Position numbers and translations under genes: made by a program. The notes beneath the pieces are model-generated. The model did no database searches. It was given only the letters and a program-made list of their open reading frames with translations, and had not been told where the DNA came from. Shown here piece after piece: positions 1 to 9,735 of a DNA stretch of 64,000 nt. How positions within the stretch are numbered: position 1 is the stretch's first letter; each line of letters opens with the position of its first letter. Source of the DNA: Syntrophomonadaceae bacterium (GTDB taxonomy: Bacteria > Bacillota > Syntrophomonadia > Syntrophomonadales > Syntrophomonadaceae); assembly GCA_040217755.1 (NCBI GenBank), contig JBEHWJ010000002.1:3113-67112 (forward strand). The letters run 5' to 3'.

Positions 1-155
1 GCCAGCTGGCGGAACAGGACCTGGATGAAGCCATGCTGTTGGGATTGGAATCGACCATTTCCTACTGCCTGGAACGCGGCAAATTGCTGCACCCAGCCAC
101 GGTGGAGGCCAGAAATGAATTCCTGCGCCGGTTGAAGGGCCAAGCGGCCGGATAA
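1..155 (+). CDS. C-terminal fragment of a YqeK-like HD-domain phosphohydrolase (5' end outside window)
   Basis: The frame is open from the window edge to TAA at 153-155 and translates ...ISYCLERGKLLHPATVEARNEFLRRLKGQAAG. It lies immediately upstream of rsfS, as yqeK does in Bacillus. Confidence 0.45.
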   Translation, partial: QLAEQDLDEAMLLGLESTISYCLERGKLLHPATVEARNEFLRRLKGQAAG

Positions 156-226
156 ACCACCGCCATGGTGCTCCGGAGCTGGGAAAAAATATTTAAGCTA
201 AGCAGAAAAACAAAGGAGGTATCTGT

Positions 227-580
227 TTGACAACCGAGCAAAACCTGATGCATTTGATCGTGGAGGCCGCGCTGGAGGAAAAAGCGATTGACCTGGTGGT
301 CCTGGATGTGTTTGAAAAGACCATAATCGCCGATTTCTTTGTCATCTGCAGCGGCCGTAACCTGGTCCAGATACACAGCATCGCCGACAATGTTGAGAAG
401 CGCCTGCAGGAAAAGGGTATCCCGGTACTGCGGCGGGACGGTTATCAACAAGGGACTTGGGTGGTGTTGGACTATGGATCCACCATACTGCATATCTTCC
501 GCCAGGAAGAGCGTGACCACTACAAGCTGGAGGATCTGTGGGCCGATGCCCGCAAAGTCACGGTGGAGAAAGGTGAATAA
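227..580 (+). CDS. rsfS: Ribosomal silencing factor RsfS (Iojap family)
   Basis: 117 aa with the typical RsfS core (DLVVLDV...ADFFVICSG...WVVLDYGSTILHIF). AAAGGAGG lies upstream of the TTG start. Confidence 0.9.
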   Translation: MTTEQNLMHLIVEAALEEKAIDLVVLDVFEKTIIADFFVICSGRNLVQIHSIADNVEKRLQEKGIPVLRRDGYQQGTWVVLDYGSTILHIFRQEERDHYKLEDLWADARKVTVEKGE

Positions 581-650
581 CGGCCCGGGGAGATGCAGGG
601 TCCGGAATAAGTATTTTAAAGAGTTTTAGAAAACTGTCCCGCAAAAAGAA

Positions 651-687
651 GCCCGTAATCCATGCTTGTGCCGGTATGGATTACGGG
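651..687. terminator. Bidirectional hairpin between the convergent rsfS and leuS
   Basis: GCCCGTAATCCAT (651-663) pairs with ATGGATTACGGGC (675-687). A-rich and T-rich flanks. Confidence 0.6.
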
Positions 688-725
688 CTTTCATTCCGGG
701 GACACGGCCAAATGGCTATGCAGGC

Positions 726-3206
726 TTACTGCCGGGCGACTACATTGACCAATTTACCTGGTACTACGATCGTCTTGACTATCTGTTTGCCGGCCAGTAA
801 TTCCTGGATCTTGGGCTGAGCCAGGGCCAGCTCCTTCAGTTCTGCTTCACTTATGCCGGTGGGAACCATGATCCGCTCCCTGACTTTGCCGCTGATCTGT
901 ACCGCTATCTCGATCTCATCCTGCACCAGGGCTTCAGCGTCGCAGCGGGGCCAGCTCTGAACGCTGACACTATCCCGGTGCCCGCATATCTGCCATAATT
1001 CCTCGCAGATATGCGGCGAGAACGGGCTTAACAGCACTATCATGGTTTCTACCGCTTCTTTCAGAACCGACAAGTCCTGTTCATCCTGATCGAGGTAGGC
1101 GGTCAGCATGTTGTTCAATTCCATTATCGCACTGATGGCGGTATTGAAGTTAAACCGCAATTCAATATCATCACTGACCTTCTTGATGGTGGCATGGGTC
1201 TTATAGCGGAGCTGGCGGGCTTCTCCCTCGAGCGGGCTGAATTGTGCCGGCGGGCGGATATCCCTGATATAAGCGGCACAACTGTTGACCACCCGCCACA
1301 CCCGGTTCAGGAAACGGGACGAACCTTCTACTCCCTGGTCGCTCCATTCCAGGTCGCGTTCCGGCGGGGAGGCAAACAGGATAAACAGGCGGGCGGTATC
1401 GGCGCCGTAGGTGCTTATTATATCCTCGGGGCTGACCACGTTGCCTTTGGACTTGGACATCTTGGAACCGTCTTTCAGCACCATGCCCTGGGTAAGCAGG
1501 TTGGTGAAGGGCTCATCGCAGGGCAGGAACCCGTGGTCATACAGAAACTTGGTGAAGAAACGGGAATACATCAGGTGCAATATGGCGTGCTCCACCCCGC
1601 CGATATACTGATCCACCGGCATCCAGTAGTCCACGGACTCTTTGCTGAAGGGCAAAGTGTCGTTGTGGGGATCGCAGAACCTATCGAAGTACCATGAGGA
1701 GCAGACAAAAGTGTCCATGGTATCCGTCTCCCGGCGGGCCGGGCCTCCGCAGGAGGGACATTCCGTCTGATAAAAAGACTCCACGTAATTAAGGGGTGAT
1801 TCACCCGAAGGCCGGAATTCAACGTCTTCAGGCAGTATAACCGGCAGGTCAGCTTCCGGGACCGGAAGCAGGCCGCATTGCTCGCAGTAAACCATAGGTA
1901 TGGGACAGCCCCAGTAGCGCTGGCGGGAGATGAGCCAGTCCCGCAGGCGGAAGTTGACTGTTCCCAGGCCAATCCCCTTTTCCCGCATGTAGGTGATCAC
2001 CTTCTGCTTGCCTTCTTCCACCCCCAGACCGTCAAAGGCCCCGGAGTTTACCATGACTCCATCCTCTTCGTAGGCTTCCTGCATGCTGTCCCCCTCCGCA
2101 GGCGAATCGGGGGCCTTGATGACGACTTTTACCGGCAGGCCGTATTTACGGGCAAACTCGAAGTCGCGTTGATCGTGGGCGGGGACCGCCATGATAGCAC
2201 CGGTGCCGTAATCCATCAAGACATAGTTGGCGATCCAGATCGGTATCCGATCCCCGTTCATGGGATTGATGGCATAGGCGCCAGTGAACACACCTTCCTT
2301 TTCGATCTCGGTTGAGGTCCGCTCTACCTCGCTGAGGAATTGTATCCGCTGTACGAATTCCTTCACCTGTTCTTCCTGGGGGGATCCCTGGCTTATCTTT
2401 TCCACCAGCGGGTGTTCCGGAGCCAAGACCATGTAGGTTATCCCAAATACGGTATCCGGCCGGGTGGTGAATACCGTCATAGTTTCACGGCTATTCTCGA
2501 TTTGCAGATCGAATTGGCACCCCTCGCTGCGTCCTATCCAGTTGCGCTGCATGATTTTGACCTTGTCCGGCCATCCCGGCAGTTTGTCGAGGTCGTCGAG
2601 GAGGCGCTGGGCGAAGTCAGTTATCTTGAAAAACCATTGGGCCAGCTTCCGTTTGGTAACTACCGTGTCGCACCTTTCACAGGCGCCGTCCACTACCTGT
2701 TCGTTGGCCAATACGGTTTGGCAGGAGGGGCACCAGTTGACGGCGGCGCTTTTCTTGTAGGCCAGCCCATTATCATAAAGTTTCAGGAACATCCATTGGG
2801 TGAACTTGTAATAGTCGGGTTTGCAGCTGGCCAGCTCCCGGTCCCAATCATAGCTGATACCCAGGGTTTTGAGCTGCGATTTCATATTCTCGATATTGGC
2901 ATAGGTCCAGCGGGCCGGGTGAGCTCCGTGCTTGATGGCGGCATTTTCGGCGGGCAAACCGAAAGCATCCCATCCCATGGGATGCAGGACGTTGAAACCG
3001 TTCATGGATTTGAAACGGGCCACCACATCACCGATGGCGTAATTGCGCACATGGCCCATATGCAGGTTACCGGAAGGATAAGGAAACATCTCCAGATCAT
3101 AATATTTGGGCCGGGCCGGATCCTCGAAAACCTTGAAGAAGCTATGCTGGGCCCAATATTTTTGCCATTTGGGTTCGATCGATTTGAAATCGTAATGGTT
3201 CTCCAT
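726..3206 (-). CDS. leuS: Leucine--tRNA ligase
   Basis: 826 aa with class I motifs HMGHVRNY and KMSKSKGN. Preceded by a Leu-specifier T-box leader. Confidence 0.97.
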   Translation of the reverse strand: MENHYDFKSIEPKWQKYWAQHSFFKVFEDPARPKYYDLEMFPYPSGNLHMGHVRNYAIGDVVARFKSMNGFNVLHPMGWDAFGLPAENAAIKHGAHPARWTYANIENMKSQLKTLGISYDWDRELASCKPDYYKFTQWMFLKLYDNGLAYKKSAAVNWCPSCQTVLANEQVVDGACERCDTVVTKRKLAQWFFKITDFAQRLLDDLDKLPGWPDKVKIMQRNWIGRSEGCQFDLQIENSRETMTVFTTRPDTVFGITYMVLAPEHPLVEKISQGSPQEEQVKEFVQRIQFLSEVERTSTEIEKEGVFTGAYAINPMNGDRIPIWIANYVLMDYGTGAIMAVPAHDQRDFEFARKYGLPVKVVIKAPDSPAEGDSMQEAYEEDGVMVNSGAFDGLGVEEGKQKVITYMREKGIGLGTVNFRLRDWLISRQRYWGCPIPMVYCEQCGLLPVPEADLPVILPEDVEFRPSGESPLNYVESFYQTECPSCGGPARRETDTMDTFVCSSWYFDRFCDPHNDTLPFSKESVDYWMPVDQYIGGVEHAILHLMYSRFFTKFLYDHGFLPCDEPFTNLLTQGMVLKDGSKMSKSKGNVVSPEDIISTYGADTARLFILFASPPERDLEWSDQGVEGSSRFLNRVWRVVNSCAAYIRDIRPPAQFSPLEGEARQLRYKTHATIKKVSDDIELRFNFNTAISAIMELNNMLTAYLDQDEQDLSVLKEAVETMIVLLSPFSPHICEELWQICGHRDSVSVQSWPRCDAEALVQDEIEIAVQISGKVRERIMVPTGISEAELKELALAQPKIQELLAGKQIVKTIVVPGKLVNVVARQ

Positions 3207-3234
3207 ATAAGCCTCCTTTTCACTGGTTCAGAAA

Positions 3235-3265
3235 TTAAAAAACCCTCGTCCCAGATAGGGACGAG
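3235..3265 (-). terminator. Intrinsic terminator of the leuS T-box leader
   Basis: Minus-strand RNA reads CUCGUCCC-UAUCU-GGGACGAG followed by UUUUUU. Its 5' arm is shared with the antiterminator. Confidence 0.85.
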
Positions 3266-3307
3266 AGTAATTTTCCCGCGGTGCCACCCATTTTGACAAG
3301 TATAATA

Positions 3308-3383
3308 TGGTGGAGCTAGTGGGATTCGAACCCACGGCCTCTTGAATGCCATTCAAGCGCGATCCCAACTTCGCCATAGCCCC
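3308..3383 (-). tRNA. tRNA-Ala (anticodon GGC), CCA encoded, embedded in the leuS leader
   Basis: Hand-folded 76-nt cloverleaf. Acceptor GGGGCTA/TAGCTCC with G3:U70; D arm GCGA-AGTTGGGA-TCGC; anticodon arm CTTGA-ATGGCAT-TCAAG; T arm GTGGG-TTCGAAT-CCCAC; A73 then CCA. Confidence 0.85.
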
Positions 3384-3562
3384 ACAACTTGACCACTCGT
3401 TATTGTAACGGTACAACCGCCCCAGGCTACTTGGTTCACCTGTGGTGCTCACCGGCGAGTTCGACAATATGCTTGCCACCTCCCACCATATGGTGACTCT
3501 CTGTCGAAGGATTGCCTACTACTCCGGTTCATCGCATGTTCTTTCTTCATTTGACAATTGCC

Positions 3563-3591
3563 ATTATAAAATAACTGTCCTGCAAAGTCAA
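3563..3591 (-). promoter_or_regulatory. Sigma-A type promoter for the leuS leader
   Basis: Minus strand reads TTGACT (3586-3591), 17 nt, TATAAT (3563-3568). Confidence 0.7.
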
Positions 3592-3717
3592 CCAATTCTG
3601 CAGACAAACAATTCCTGGCCAATCCCCGACCAGATCAATGCTAAAAGAGTTGAAACAACTCCTGCATGATAACAAAAAAGGGAATATAAGGGAGATGGCG
3701 AATAAAGGATTTAGGCG

Positions 3718-4335
3718 GTGAGAAAATTGTTTGATCTGGAGAATAAATATATCGGGGCGGTGGCGATATTGGTTTTGGTGCTGGCATTTGGCGCCGGTAT
3801 GAAATACGGTGCTTCCAAGCTCGGAGAAAAGCCGGAAGGGATAGTCATCGAAGAACCGCCCCCGGTGGCGGCGGGAGAGGAAGAACGGGAAACCATTCAG
3901 GTATACGTCATCGGTGCGGTGGCCAATCCGGGAGTGTATAGATTGCCAGCCGAGGCCCGTGTACTGGAGGCGGTTCAAATGGCCCAAACCTTGCCCGAGG
4001 CTGACCTGGAGAATATCAATCTGGCCCAAAAGATGGAGGATGGCGCGGCTATTCGCGTGCCCCGGCAAGGGGAGAATCCGGATCCTAACGTCCCGGGAGG
4101 GATGACGGGGCTGGGTTTTACCGGTTCAGCCCCCACCGGCAAGGTGAATATCAACAATGCCAGCATCCAGGAGCTTGACGACCGGTTGCCCGGTATAGGC
4201 CCCGCCCTGGCCCAAAGGATAGTGGATTACCGCACTCAGCACGGACGGTTCGCCAATATTGAAGAATTAAAGGAAGTCAGCGGTATCGGCGATAAAAAAT
4301 ATGCCGAGTTGCAGGACCTCATAACGATAAGGTAG
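3718..4335 (+). CDS. comEA: Competence protein ComEA (SLBB domain plus helix-hairpin-helix DNA binding)
   Basis: 205 aa. N-terminal TM segment and C-terminal HhH repeat (LPGIGPALAQRIVDYR...VSGIGDKKYAEL). GTG start. Confidence 0.9.
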   Translation: MRKLFDLENKYIGAVAILVLVLAFGAGMKYGASKLGEKPEGIVIEEPPPVAAGEEERETIQVYVIGAVANPGVYRLPAEARVLEAVQMAQTLPEADLENINLAQKMEDGAAIRVPRQGENPDPNVPGGMTGLGFTGSAPTGKVNINNASIQELDDRLPGIGPALAQRIVDYRTQHGRFANIEELKEVSGIGDKKYAELQDLITIR

Positions 4336-4340
4336 ATGCC

Positions 4341-6629
4341 ATGTGGATGTCTTGGCCGGCGATATTGGTCTGTTTAAGCATGGGGATATGCCTGGCTCAT
4401 TTCCAGGCCTGGCTTTGGTCGGCAGCATTAGTGGCCGCAGGGTTGGCCGCGGGTACTATCTGGACTCGATGGCGTCCGCATTTGGCGGTGGGACTGTTAG
4501 CGGTTGGGGTCGGTATCCTGCTCTGCAGTTGGGGCGTTCCGCCCGCTCCGCTTGGCTTGGAGGAGCAATCCCGCTTTGCGGTGTCCGGGCGGATAGAAAG
4601 CATACCTTATTATGATGGGGAAAACACGGTCTTCATTGTGGACACCGACGACAGCTCGCCTTATAAACGCCGGCTAAGGGTGGTATGCCTGTTTGCGGCT
4701 GATTTCCAGCGCGGTGCCCAAGTGCACCTGGAGGGTAAACTCAAGCCGCCCCGGGCCCCCGGCAACCCCGGGCAATTCGATTTCCAGTCTTATCTGGCCA
4801 ACCAAGGGATTTACTACAATCTGCATATAAAGGAAACGACCGGTGTCCGCTTGCTCAGTCCTGCCTCCGGGCTGATAAGGAGGATAGATTGCCAGCGGGT
4901 CCGTGCAGAGAGCCTCACCCGGCAGGTGTTGCCGGCCGAGGAAGCCGCCATCCTTCTGGGAATGATCTGGGGCGGCCGGGCTGGTATGGACGATCAGCAA
5001 TATGAAGACTTTCAAAAGACGGGCATAGTCCATCTGTTTTCCGTAAGCGGCCTGCACGTAGGATTTTTACTGGTGCTGATCAATTGGCTGGTTTCGCTGG
5101 CTGGAGCAGGCCCCCGGGGCAGGTTCATAGCGGGTGTGTCCGGGTTGTTGCTCTATGGCACCATGGTAGGTTGGCCGCCTCCGGTCACGCGAGCCGTCTT
5201 GATGGGTAGCCTGGGATTACTGGCCTACTTGAGCGGCCGCGAAAACGGGCTGCTGAACGCCTTATCCATATCTGGGGTAGTCATGCTGCTGGCGGAACCT
5301 TCATTGTTATTCAACCTCAGTTTTCAACTGACCATGCTGGCTACCGGCGGCCTGGTCTACCTGTTTCCCCAGATGCGGGCCTTTCTCCCCGGGGGAGGCT
5401 GGCTGAAGGACCTGGTCCTGATCCCGCTGAGTGCTGAACTGGCTATTTTACCCCTGGTAGCTTACCATTTCAATATCTTGACGCCAGGTTCCATCGTAAC
5501 CAATATTGCGGCCGCCTACCTGGCCGGAGCTGCGGTAATCCTCGGTTTCATCGCCAGCCTTCTTGCTGGCCTGTCCCCAACCATAGCTTCCGTATTCCTG
5601 TATCCGGCGGGGATGTTCATCGAATGGATCCTGAGCATCGTCGCGGGGGTCAAGGCCCTGCCGGGTGCCTATCTTTATGTGGCCACTCCCTCCGTTACGG
5701 GGGTAAGCCTTTATTACGCGATCATGGCGTTGGTGCTTGTTTCGCTGCGGGTCGAAGCCGGCCGGGTACTGTTCAGACCGGCAGTGGGGCTGCTGTTGAT
5801 CTGGGTAACGATACTGGTGATACCGGCCCAATTTTATGATCGGGGTCAGGCCGAGGTCGTTTTCATAGATGTCGGACAGGGTGACGCCATCCTGGTTAAG
5901 AGTCCGGGCGGCAAGTTTATCCTGGTGGATGGGGGCGGGAGTCAATTTTTCGATGTAGGGGCCGATGTGGTCTTGCCTTACCTGCATCACCGGGGCATCC
6001 GCAAACTGGATATGGTCATCAGCACCCATCCCGATGTCGATCATGTGCAGGGATTGGTCAAAGTCATCGCTGCGATGCCGGTGACCTGCCTGGGATTACC
6101 GGTCTCCCTGGCGGGTGATGAAGACTACCGGGAGCTTAACGATATCGCCGCGAAGCAGCAAATCCAGATTTTATATATGTATGCGGGACAATCGATCAAA
6201 CTGGAGGAAGGCTTCCGCATCGATGTCATCCATCCTCCAAGGGAGACTGGCAGCAGCGATCCCAACCGGGATTCAGCGGTACTCCTGATCAGTTATCAAA
6301 GATTCACGGTCTTGTTGACCGCTGATGTGTCCGCCGCAGACTTGGCTTCGATAGGTGACCGGGTCGGCGGTCCGGTCACGATCCTAAAAATCCCGCACCA
6401 TGGCAGCAAAGGGTCCCTGGGCCGGGATTTCTATGAGCAGGTAAAACCTGCCGCTGCGGTGATTTCCGTGGGAGCCGACAATAACTTCGGGCATCCCCAC
6501 CCGTTGGTCCTGACCGCCCTGGAAGAGACGGGGATCCGGATAATGCGCACTGATCTTCAGGGCCTGGTAGCCATCAGCAGCAACGGCCGCGAATATCAGA
6601 TCCATACTCAGATTTCGAGCCAGCTGTAG
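4341..6629 (+). CDS. comEC: DNA internalization channel ComEC/Rec2 with C-terminal metallo-beta-lactamase domain
   Basis: 762 aa polytopic membrane protein. The MBL-like motif STHPDVDHVQG is present, and it follows comEA. Confidence 0.92.
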   Translation: MWMSWPAILVCLSMGICLAHFQAWLWSAALVAAGLAAGTIWTRWRPHLAVGLLAVGVGILLCSWGVPPAPLGLEEQSRFAVSGRIESIPYYDGENTVFIVDTDDSSPYKRRLRVVCLFAADFQRGAQVHLEGKLKPPRAPGNPGQFDFQSYLANQGIYYNLHIKETTGVRLLSPASGLIRRIDCQRVRAESLTRQVLPAEEAAILLGMIWGGRAGMDDQQYEDFQKTGIVHLFSVSGLHVGFLLVLINWLVSLAGAGPRGRFIAGVSGLLLYGTMVGWPPPVTRAVLMGSLGLLAYLSGRENGLLNALSISGVVMLLAEPSLLFNLSFQLTMLATGGLVYLFPQMRAFLPGGGWLKDLVLIPLSAELAILPLVAYHFNILTPGSIVTNIAAAYLAGAAVILGFIASLLAGLSPTIASVFLYPAGMFIEWILSIVAGVKALPGAYLYVATPSVTGVSLYYAIMALVLVSLRVEAGRVLFRPAVGLLLIWVTILVIPAQFYDRGQAEVVFIDVGQGDAILVKSPGGKFILVDGGGSQFFDVGADVVLPYLHHRGIRKLDMVISTHPDVDHVQGLVKVIAAMPVTCLGLPVSLAGDEDYRELNDIAAKQQIQILYMYAGQSIKLEEGFRIDVIHPPRETGSSDPNRDSAVLLISYQRFTVLLTADVSAADLASIGDRVGGPVTILKIPHHGSKGSLGRDFYEQVKPAAAVISVGADNNFGHPHPLVLTALEETGIRIMRTDLQGLVAISSNGREYQIHTQISSQL

Positions 6630-6688
6630 GTCCAAGCGTACATACTAATCGCCCTCCCGACTTCATACCTTAAGGTAGGAGGGTTGAT

Positions 6689-8104
6689 ATGACGGCCAAT
6701 AACTTCTTACTGGGGGAAAAAGTCGGGCGTTTGATGGTAAGGCTCTCTCTGCCGGCCATATCGGGCATGATCATATTCTCCCTGTTCAGCCTGGTTGACA
6801 CCTTTTTTGTGGCCCAGTTGGGTATACAGGCTCTGGCGGCCGTCACCCTATGTGTGCCGATTGAAATACTGCTGGTCTCGGTAGGGTCGGCAACCGGAGT
6901 AGGGATCACTTCTCTTTTGTCACGCACCCTGGGCCGGGAAGACTATGCCCGGGCTGACAATATCGCCTGGCACGGCCTGATCATCTGTTTGTTGTACGGG
7001 CTTTTGTTCTCCTGGTTGGGCGTGGTCAATGTTGACCGCCTCTTGCAGCTGTTTGGATGCGCCCCGGAACTTTATAACCTGTGCCGCGACTACTTGAGCA
7101 TCATTCTGCTGGGCAGCCTTTTTACATTTATACCGATGACCTGCGGCAATATATTGCAGGGGGAGGGGAATACCTTCCTGCCGATGTATACTGCGCTGGC
7201 GGCCATAATCCTCAACGTCATACTGGACCCCCTGTTAATTTTCGGATGGGGCCCGGTGCCCTCCATGGGCCTGGCCGGTGCCGCCTGGGCCGATGTGGGT
7301 GCTGGGGCGTTTTGCTCGGTGATAGCTTTGGCTACCATGTACCGGTCCCGGGTCTACCTCTCCTGGTCAAGAAGTCATTTTCGTCCGGATATCCTGGTGT
7401 TGGTCGGAATCTACCAGGTCGGATTCCCGGCTTTGCTGATGGAATTGTTCAGCGTAGGGCTGCTGGTGTTTTTCAACAAAATCCTGATGGGATTCGGCAG
7501 TCTGGCCGTAGCCGTGATGGGAATATTCTCGAGGATAAGGTCGCTGTTTTATACCCCCGTGTTCGGATTGACCCAGGGTTCCATGCCCATAATCGGTTTT
7601 GCCTACGGTGCCGGTGATCATGACCGGGTCAAGGAAACCATAATCAAGTCGACCATCGGTTCCCTTATCTTTGTCACCGCCGGATGGCTGGTCATGCAAT
7701 TCAATTCCCAATGGTTGATGCAGTGGTTTACCTCCGACCCGGAGTTGATCGATGCCGGCATTTCCTGCATGCGCCTGGCTACCCTGTGCCTGCCGGTGAT
7801 GGGACCCATAATTATCCTGGGCAGTGTTTTGCAGGCCATGGGGCGGGGGGTCAGCGCCATGGTACTATCCGTGACCCGGCAGGCCATATTCTTCATCCCC
7901 TCGATATTGGTGCTGCCGTATTGGTGGGGTATAAACGGCATATGGGCGGCATTTTCGGTGGCAGAACTCTTGTCGGCCCTACTGGCCCTGGTATTCTTTG
8001 TCCGCCTCTGGCAGGGCCTTTACCCGGCCCGGCGCAGCCCAGGCCCCATGATTCTCACGCCCGGTAATCTGTTGAACCGGATTACTGCCTGGCTGAAGTG
8101 GTGA
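6689..8104 (+). CDS. MATE family efflux transporter
   Basis: 471 aa, about 12 TM segments, with a typical MATE N-terminus (LGEKVGRLMVRLSLPAISGMIIFSLFSLVDTFFV). Confidence 0.88.
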   Translation: MTANNFLLGEKVGRLMVRLSLPAISGMIIFSLFSLVDTFFVAQLGIQALAAVTLCVPIEILLVSVGSATGVGITSLLSRTLGREDYARADNIAWHGLIICLLYGLLFSWLGVVNVDRLLQLFGCAPELYNLCRDYLSIILLGSLFTFIPMTCGNILQGEGNTFLPMYTALAAIILNVILDPLLIFGWGPVPSMGLAGAAWADVGAGAFCSVIALATMYRSRVYLSWSRSHFRPDILVLVGIYQVGFPALLMELFSVGLLVFFNKILMGFGSLAVAVMGIFSRIRSLFYTPVFGLTQGSMPIIGFAYGAGDHDRVKETIIKSTIGSLIFVTAGWLVMQFNSQWLMQWFTSDPELIDAGISCMRLATLCLPVMGPIIILGSVLQAMGRGVSAMVLSVTRQAIFFIPSILVLPYWWGINGIWAAFSVAELLSALLALVFFVRLWQGLYPARRSPGPMILTPGNLLNRITAWLKW

Positions 8105-8196
8105 TGTACGGCCATGCCTGGCCCAGTATCCGATGTTGATGAACTTGGGGGCTCTGGTTTTACCCATCCGCTGGTTAACCTGTATAATAGATTAAT

Positions 8197-9213
8197 ATGG
8201 GTGATCCACTTGCTGCAGGTGAGGTGTTTGAGATAATGGATGGCAAAAAAACATATCTGTTATGGGGGCCGGAGGGTTACCTGATCAACCAAAAAATCGG
8301 GGAGATCGTAGCTGGATTGGCCGCCGCCGGGGAACCGCCGGAGGTGATAAATGTAGATGGCGATGAGACACCCCCCCAGGAACTGGGGCAGATACTGGAT
8401 TTCAGTCCGCTCTTTGCCATGACCCGGGTGATAATCATCAGGAATCCGAATTGGCTGGGCAAATCACCCCGCGGTGCCAAAAAAACCGAGGGGTACCGGC
8501 AGGTATTGGCGGATTACTTCCAGCGGGACTACCCCGGACAGACTTTGGTATTGACTGCCGGGGAAAACAACAGCGCCAACCCGATAACCAAGTTGCTGCA
8601 GAAGGAAGCCCGGGTCATCAATATCAAGCCGCTGACGGCTGCCGATCTGGAAAAATGGAGCCGCCGGGAACTGGAGAAGCGTCAGGTCAGGGTTGCTCCC
8701 GCAGCCTTGGCCAGGATCGCGGCCAGTGGGCAGGATATGTATTATCTGGAGAATATGTTTGAAAAGCTGTCCCTGATAAAACGGGAGGAATTATGGGGCG
8801 CGGCGGAAATCGATGAGCACCTGGACAGCCGCCAGGAGATAAGTGTTTTTAAACTCACCGATGCTTTACTTAATCGCAATGTCAGAACCTCGCTGGATGC
8901 TTTCCGCCAACTGACGGAGCAAGGGCAATCCCATTTCCTCATTCTGGCTATAATCATCCAACAATTTGTGGCCCTGAGCAAGGTAAAGTTCTGTATCGAG
9001 GGTGGTTACGACAGTGCCCGGATAGCTCAGGAGACCGGGTTGAAGGATTTCATGATCAGGAAGATGCGGGATAAAACCACCAGCTTCAGCAGTCAGGAAA
9101 TCCGCCGGGTTTTCGAAAGACTATTGGAAGCGGATACTACCTTCAAAAGCGAAAGCAAAGACCCGCGCGTCGTCATGGAAACCCTTCTGGTGGCCATCTG
9201 CAGCAGTGTATAA
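8197..9213 (+). CDS. holA: DNA polymerase III delta subunit
   Basis: 338 aa. Position after comEC matches Bacillus, with delta-like N-terminus YLLWGPEGYL. The start is ambiguous between 8197 and an SD-preceded ATG at 8236. Confidence 0.8.
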   Translation: MGDPLAAGEVFEIMDGKKTYLLWGPEGYLINQKIGEIVAGLAAAGEPPEVINVDGDETPPQELGQILDFSPLFAMTRVIIIRNPNWLGKSPRGAKKTEGYRQVLADYFQRDYPGQTLVLTAGENNSANPITKLLQKEARVINIKPLTAADLEKWSRRELEKRQVRVAPAALARIAASGQDMYYLENMFEKLSLIKREELWGAAEIDEHLDSRQEISVFKLTDALLNRNVRTSLDAFRQLTEQGQSHFLILAIIIQQFVALSKVKFCIEGGYDSARIAQETGLKDFMIRKMRDKTTSFSSQEIRRVFERLLEADTTFKSESKDPRVVMETLLVAICSSV

Positions 9214-9235
9214 AACAGGCCCCCTTACAACAAAA

Positions 9236-9259
9236 AAACCTGCTCCGACGAGCAGGTTT
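9236..9259. terminator. Bidirectional terminator hairpin between holA and rpsT
   Basis: AAACCTGCTC-cgac-GAGCAGGTTT, flanked by an A-run and a T-rich tract. Confidence 0.65.
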
Positions 9260-9281
9260 AATTATAATCCCTCATTATCTC

Positions 9282-9548
9282 TTATTTTACGATGGCGTTG
9301 AATTTCTTGGTCAGCCGCGACTTTTTCCGGGCGGCGTTATTTTTGTGCAATATTCCCTTGGATACGCTTTTATCTATCAGGGAGGTTGCCTGCAACAGTT
9401 TATCCCTGCTTGCATCCATATCATCACCAGCCAAAGACAGTTCGAATCCCTTGATGCTGGTCTTCAGAGAACTCTTGTAAGCCTTGTTTCTGACCCTGGC
9501 TTTTTCCGCGTTCCTGGCCCTCTTGGCAGGAGTCTTGCTTTTTGCCAC
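9282..9548 (-). CDS. rpsT: 30S ribosomal protein S20
   Basis: 88 aa (VAKSKTPAKRARNAEKARVRNKAYKSS...). The start is adjusted to the GTG 5 nt downstream of AAGGAGGTGA. The ORF-track start at 9614 would include the SD. Confidence 0.92.
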   Translation of the reverse strand: MAKSKTPAKRARNAEKARVRNKAYKSSLKTSIKGFELSLAGDDMDASRDKLLQATSLIDKSVSKGILHKNNAARKKSRLTKKFNAIVK

Positions 9549-9735
9549 ACTTTCACCTCCTTGGATATTTAAAGCTAACAGACATACTATATCACCCCGG
9601 ATTATAATTTGCAATGCTCAGAGCATAGCTTTTTTGGCTGGACATATACTAAGGAGAGAATGTCCGACTCTTGTCCCACATTTTAGTTCTATTTACAATT
9701 GGCTGGAATAAGATTTAACAGCACTGGGCAGAGAG

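Larger units (their letters stand above)
3231..3556 (-). promoter_or_regulatory. T-box riboswitch leader of leuS (CUC Leu specifier) with a tRNA nested at the Stem III position
   Basis: Minus strand shows a K-turn (UGCGAUGAA...GGUGAGC), AGUA/AGAGAG motifs and a GGUGGGA distal loop. The specifier context is GAA-CUC-G (CUC is + strand 3457-3459). The T-box sequence GGGUGGCACCGCG lies at 3275-3290, with mutually exclusive antiterminator and terminator. Confidence 0.85.

Noticed and set aside
3401-3412. TACAAT-like -10 element 21 nt upstream of the nested tRNA-Ala, as a possible independent tRNA promoter.
   Set aside because: There is no acceptable -35 at 16-18 nt and no TG extension, and it lies within the predicted Stem IIA/B region of the T-box leader. 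It cannot be excluded without 5'-end mapping.
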